Assembly (NCBI RefSeq): GCF_004010195.1
Contig: NC_057719.1
Location: forward strand, 36,829,442 to 36,851,880
Length of the DNA stretch: 22,439 bases
Source of the DNA: Chiloscyllium plagiosum
Lineage: Eukaryota
Direction: 5' to 3'
The notes below the pieces were generated by a model. The model worked only from the letters and a program-made list of their open reading frames with translations. It was not told the DNA's origin and ran no database searches. The first letter of the stretch is position 1. Every line of letters begins with the position of its first letter. Position numbers and translations under genes: made by a program. This document shows, one piece after another, positions 21,999-22,439 of the stretch.

Positions 21999-22439
21999 TG
22001 TGGCAGCAGACGGGATTTAAGGATGGTGTGTTGCTTTCCTGGTGCTAGAGTGAAAGACATCGCGGACAGAGTGCAGGAAATCCGCAAGGATGAGGGTGAA
22101 GAGCCACAGGTGGTGGTACATGTCGGCACAAATGATGTCGGGAAGAAGAGGAGGAACATACTACAGCGAGACTTCGGAGAACTAGGAAGAAGGCTGAAAA
22201 GCAGGACGTCCAAGGTGGTTATCTCCGGTTTGCTTCCAGTTCCTCGGGCTAGTGTGGCCAGAAACAGGGAGATAATGGACTTGAACGTGTGGTTGGGGAA
22301 CTGGTGCAGGAAGCAAGGATTTAAGTTCTTGGATCACTGGGGTATATTTTATGGTAAGCATGAATTCTACAAGAGAGATGGCTTGCACCTTAATAGGTTA
22401 GGGACCAGCATTCTGGCAGGCAGGTTTTCTACTGCAACA
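21999..22439 (+). mobile_element. CR1 LINE ORF1 SGNH/esterase domain, open to the window edge
   Basis: 147 uninterrupted codons: CGSRRDLRMVCCFPGARVKDI...VVVHVGTNDVG...VVISGLLPVPRAS...FKFLDHW...DGLHLNRLGTSILAGRF, with GTND and DGLH esterase blocks. Absent from the ORF track because no stop codon falls inside the window. Confidence 0.9.

Overview
This is vertebrate nuclear DNA, almost certainly from an elasmobranch: it carries an HE1/V-SINE, its HER1/CR1 partner LINE, a Deu-domain SacSINE1-like SINE and Penelope-like elements. The only host gene is the 3' end of YY1 on the minus strand: exon 4 (15513-15671), terminal coding exon (13818-14000) and a repeat-free 3'UTR with a main AATAAA at 12903-12908. 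Exon 3 and upstream exons lie beyond the right edge. Most of the rest is decayed retroelement sequence, and most ORF-track entries are spurious or TE debris. Four features merit follow-up: (i) minimal hammerhead-ribozyme motifs in three different Penelope-family termini, all on the YY1 sense strand downstream of the gene; (ii) an 87-bp-arm foldback Penelope remnant with a 10-bp target-site duplication; (iii) a ~112-bp, ~92% identical duplication carrying a poly(A) signal, whose distal copy would pull a Penelope body and its ribozyme into a long YY1 3'UTR; (iv) a 5'-inverted Penelope segment. I cannot claim a wholly new system: the parts are known classes, and any functional coupling to YY1 is inference. 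Repeat family names come from recalled consensus sequences, not database searches.
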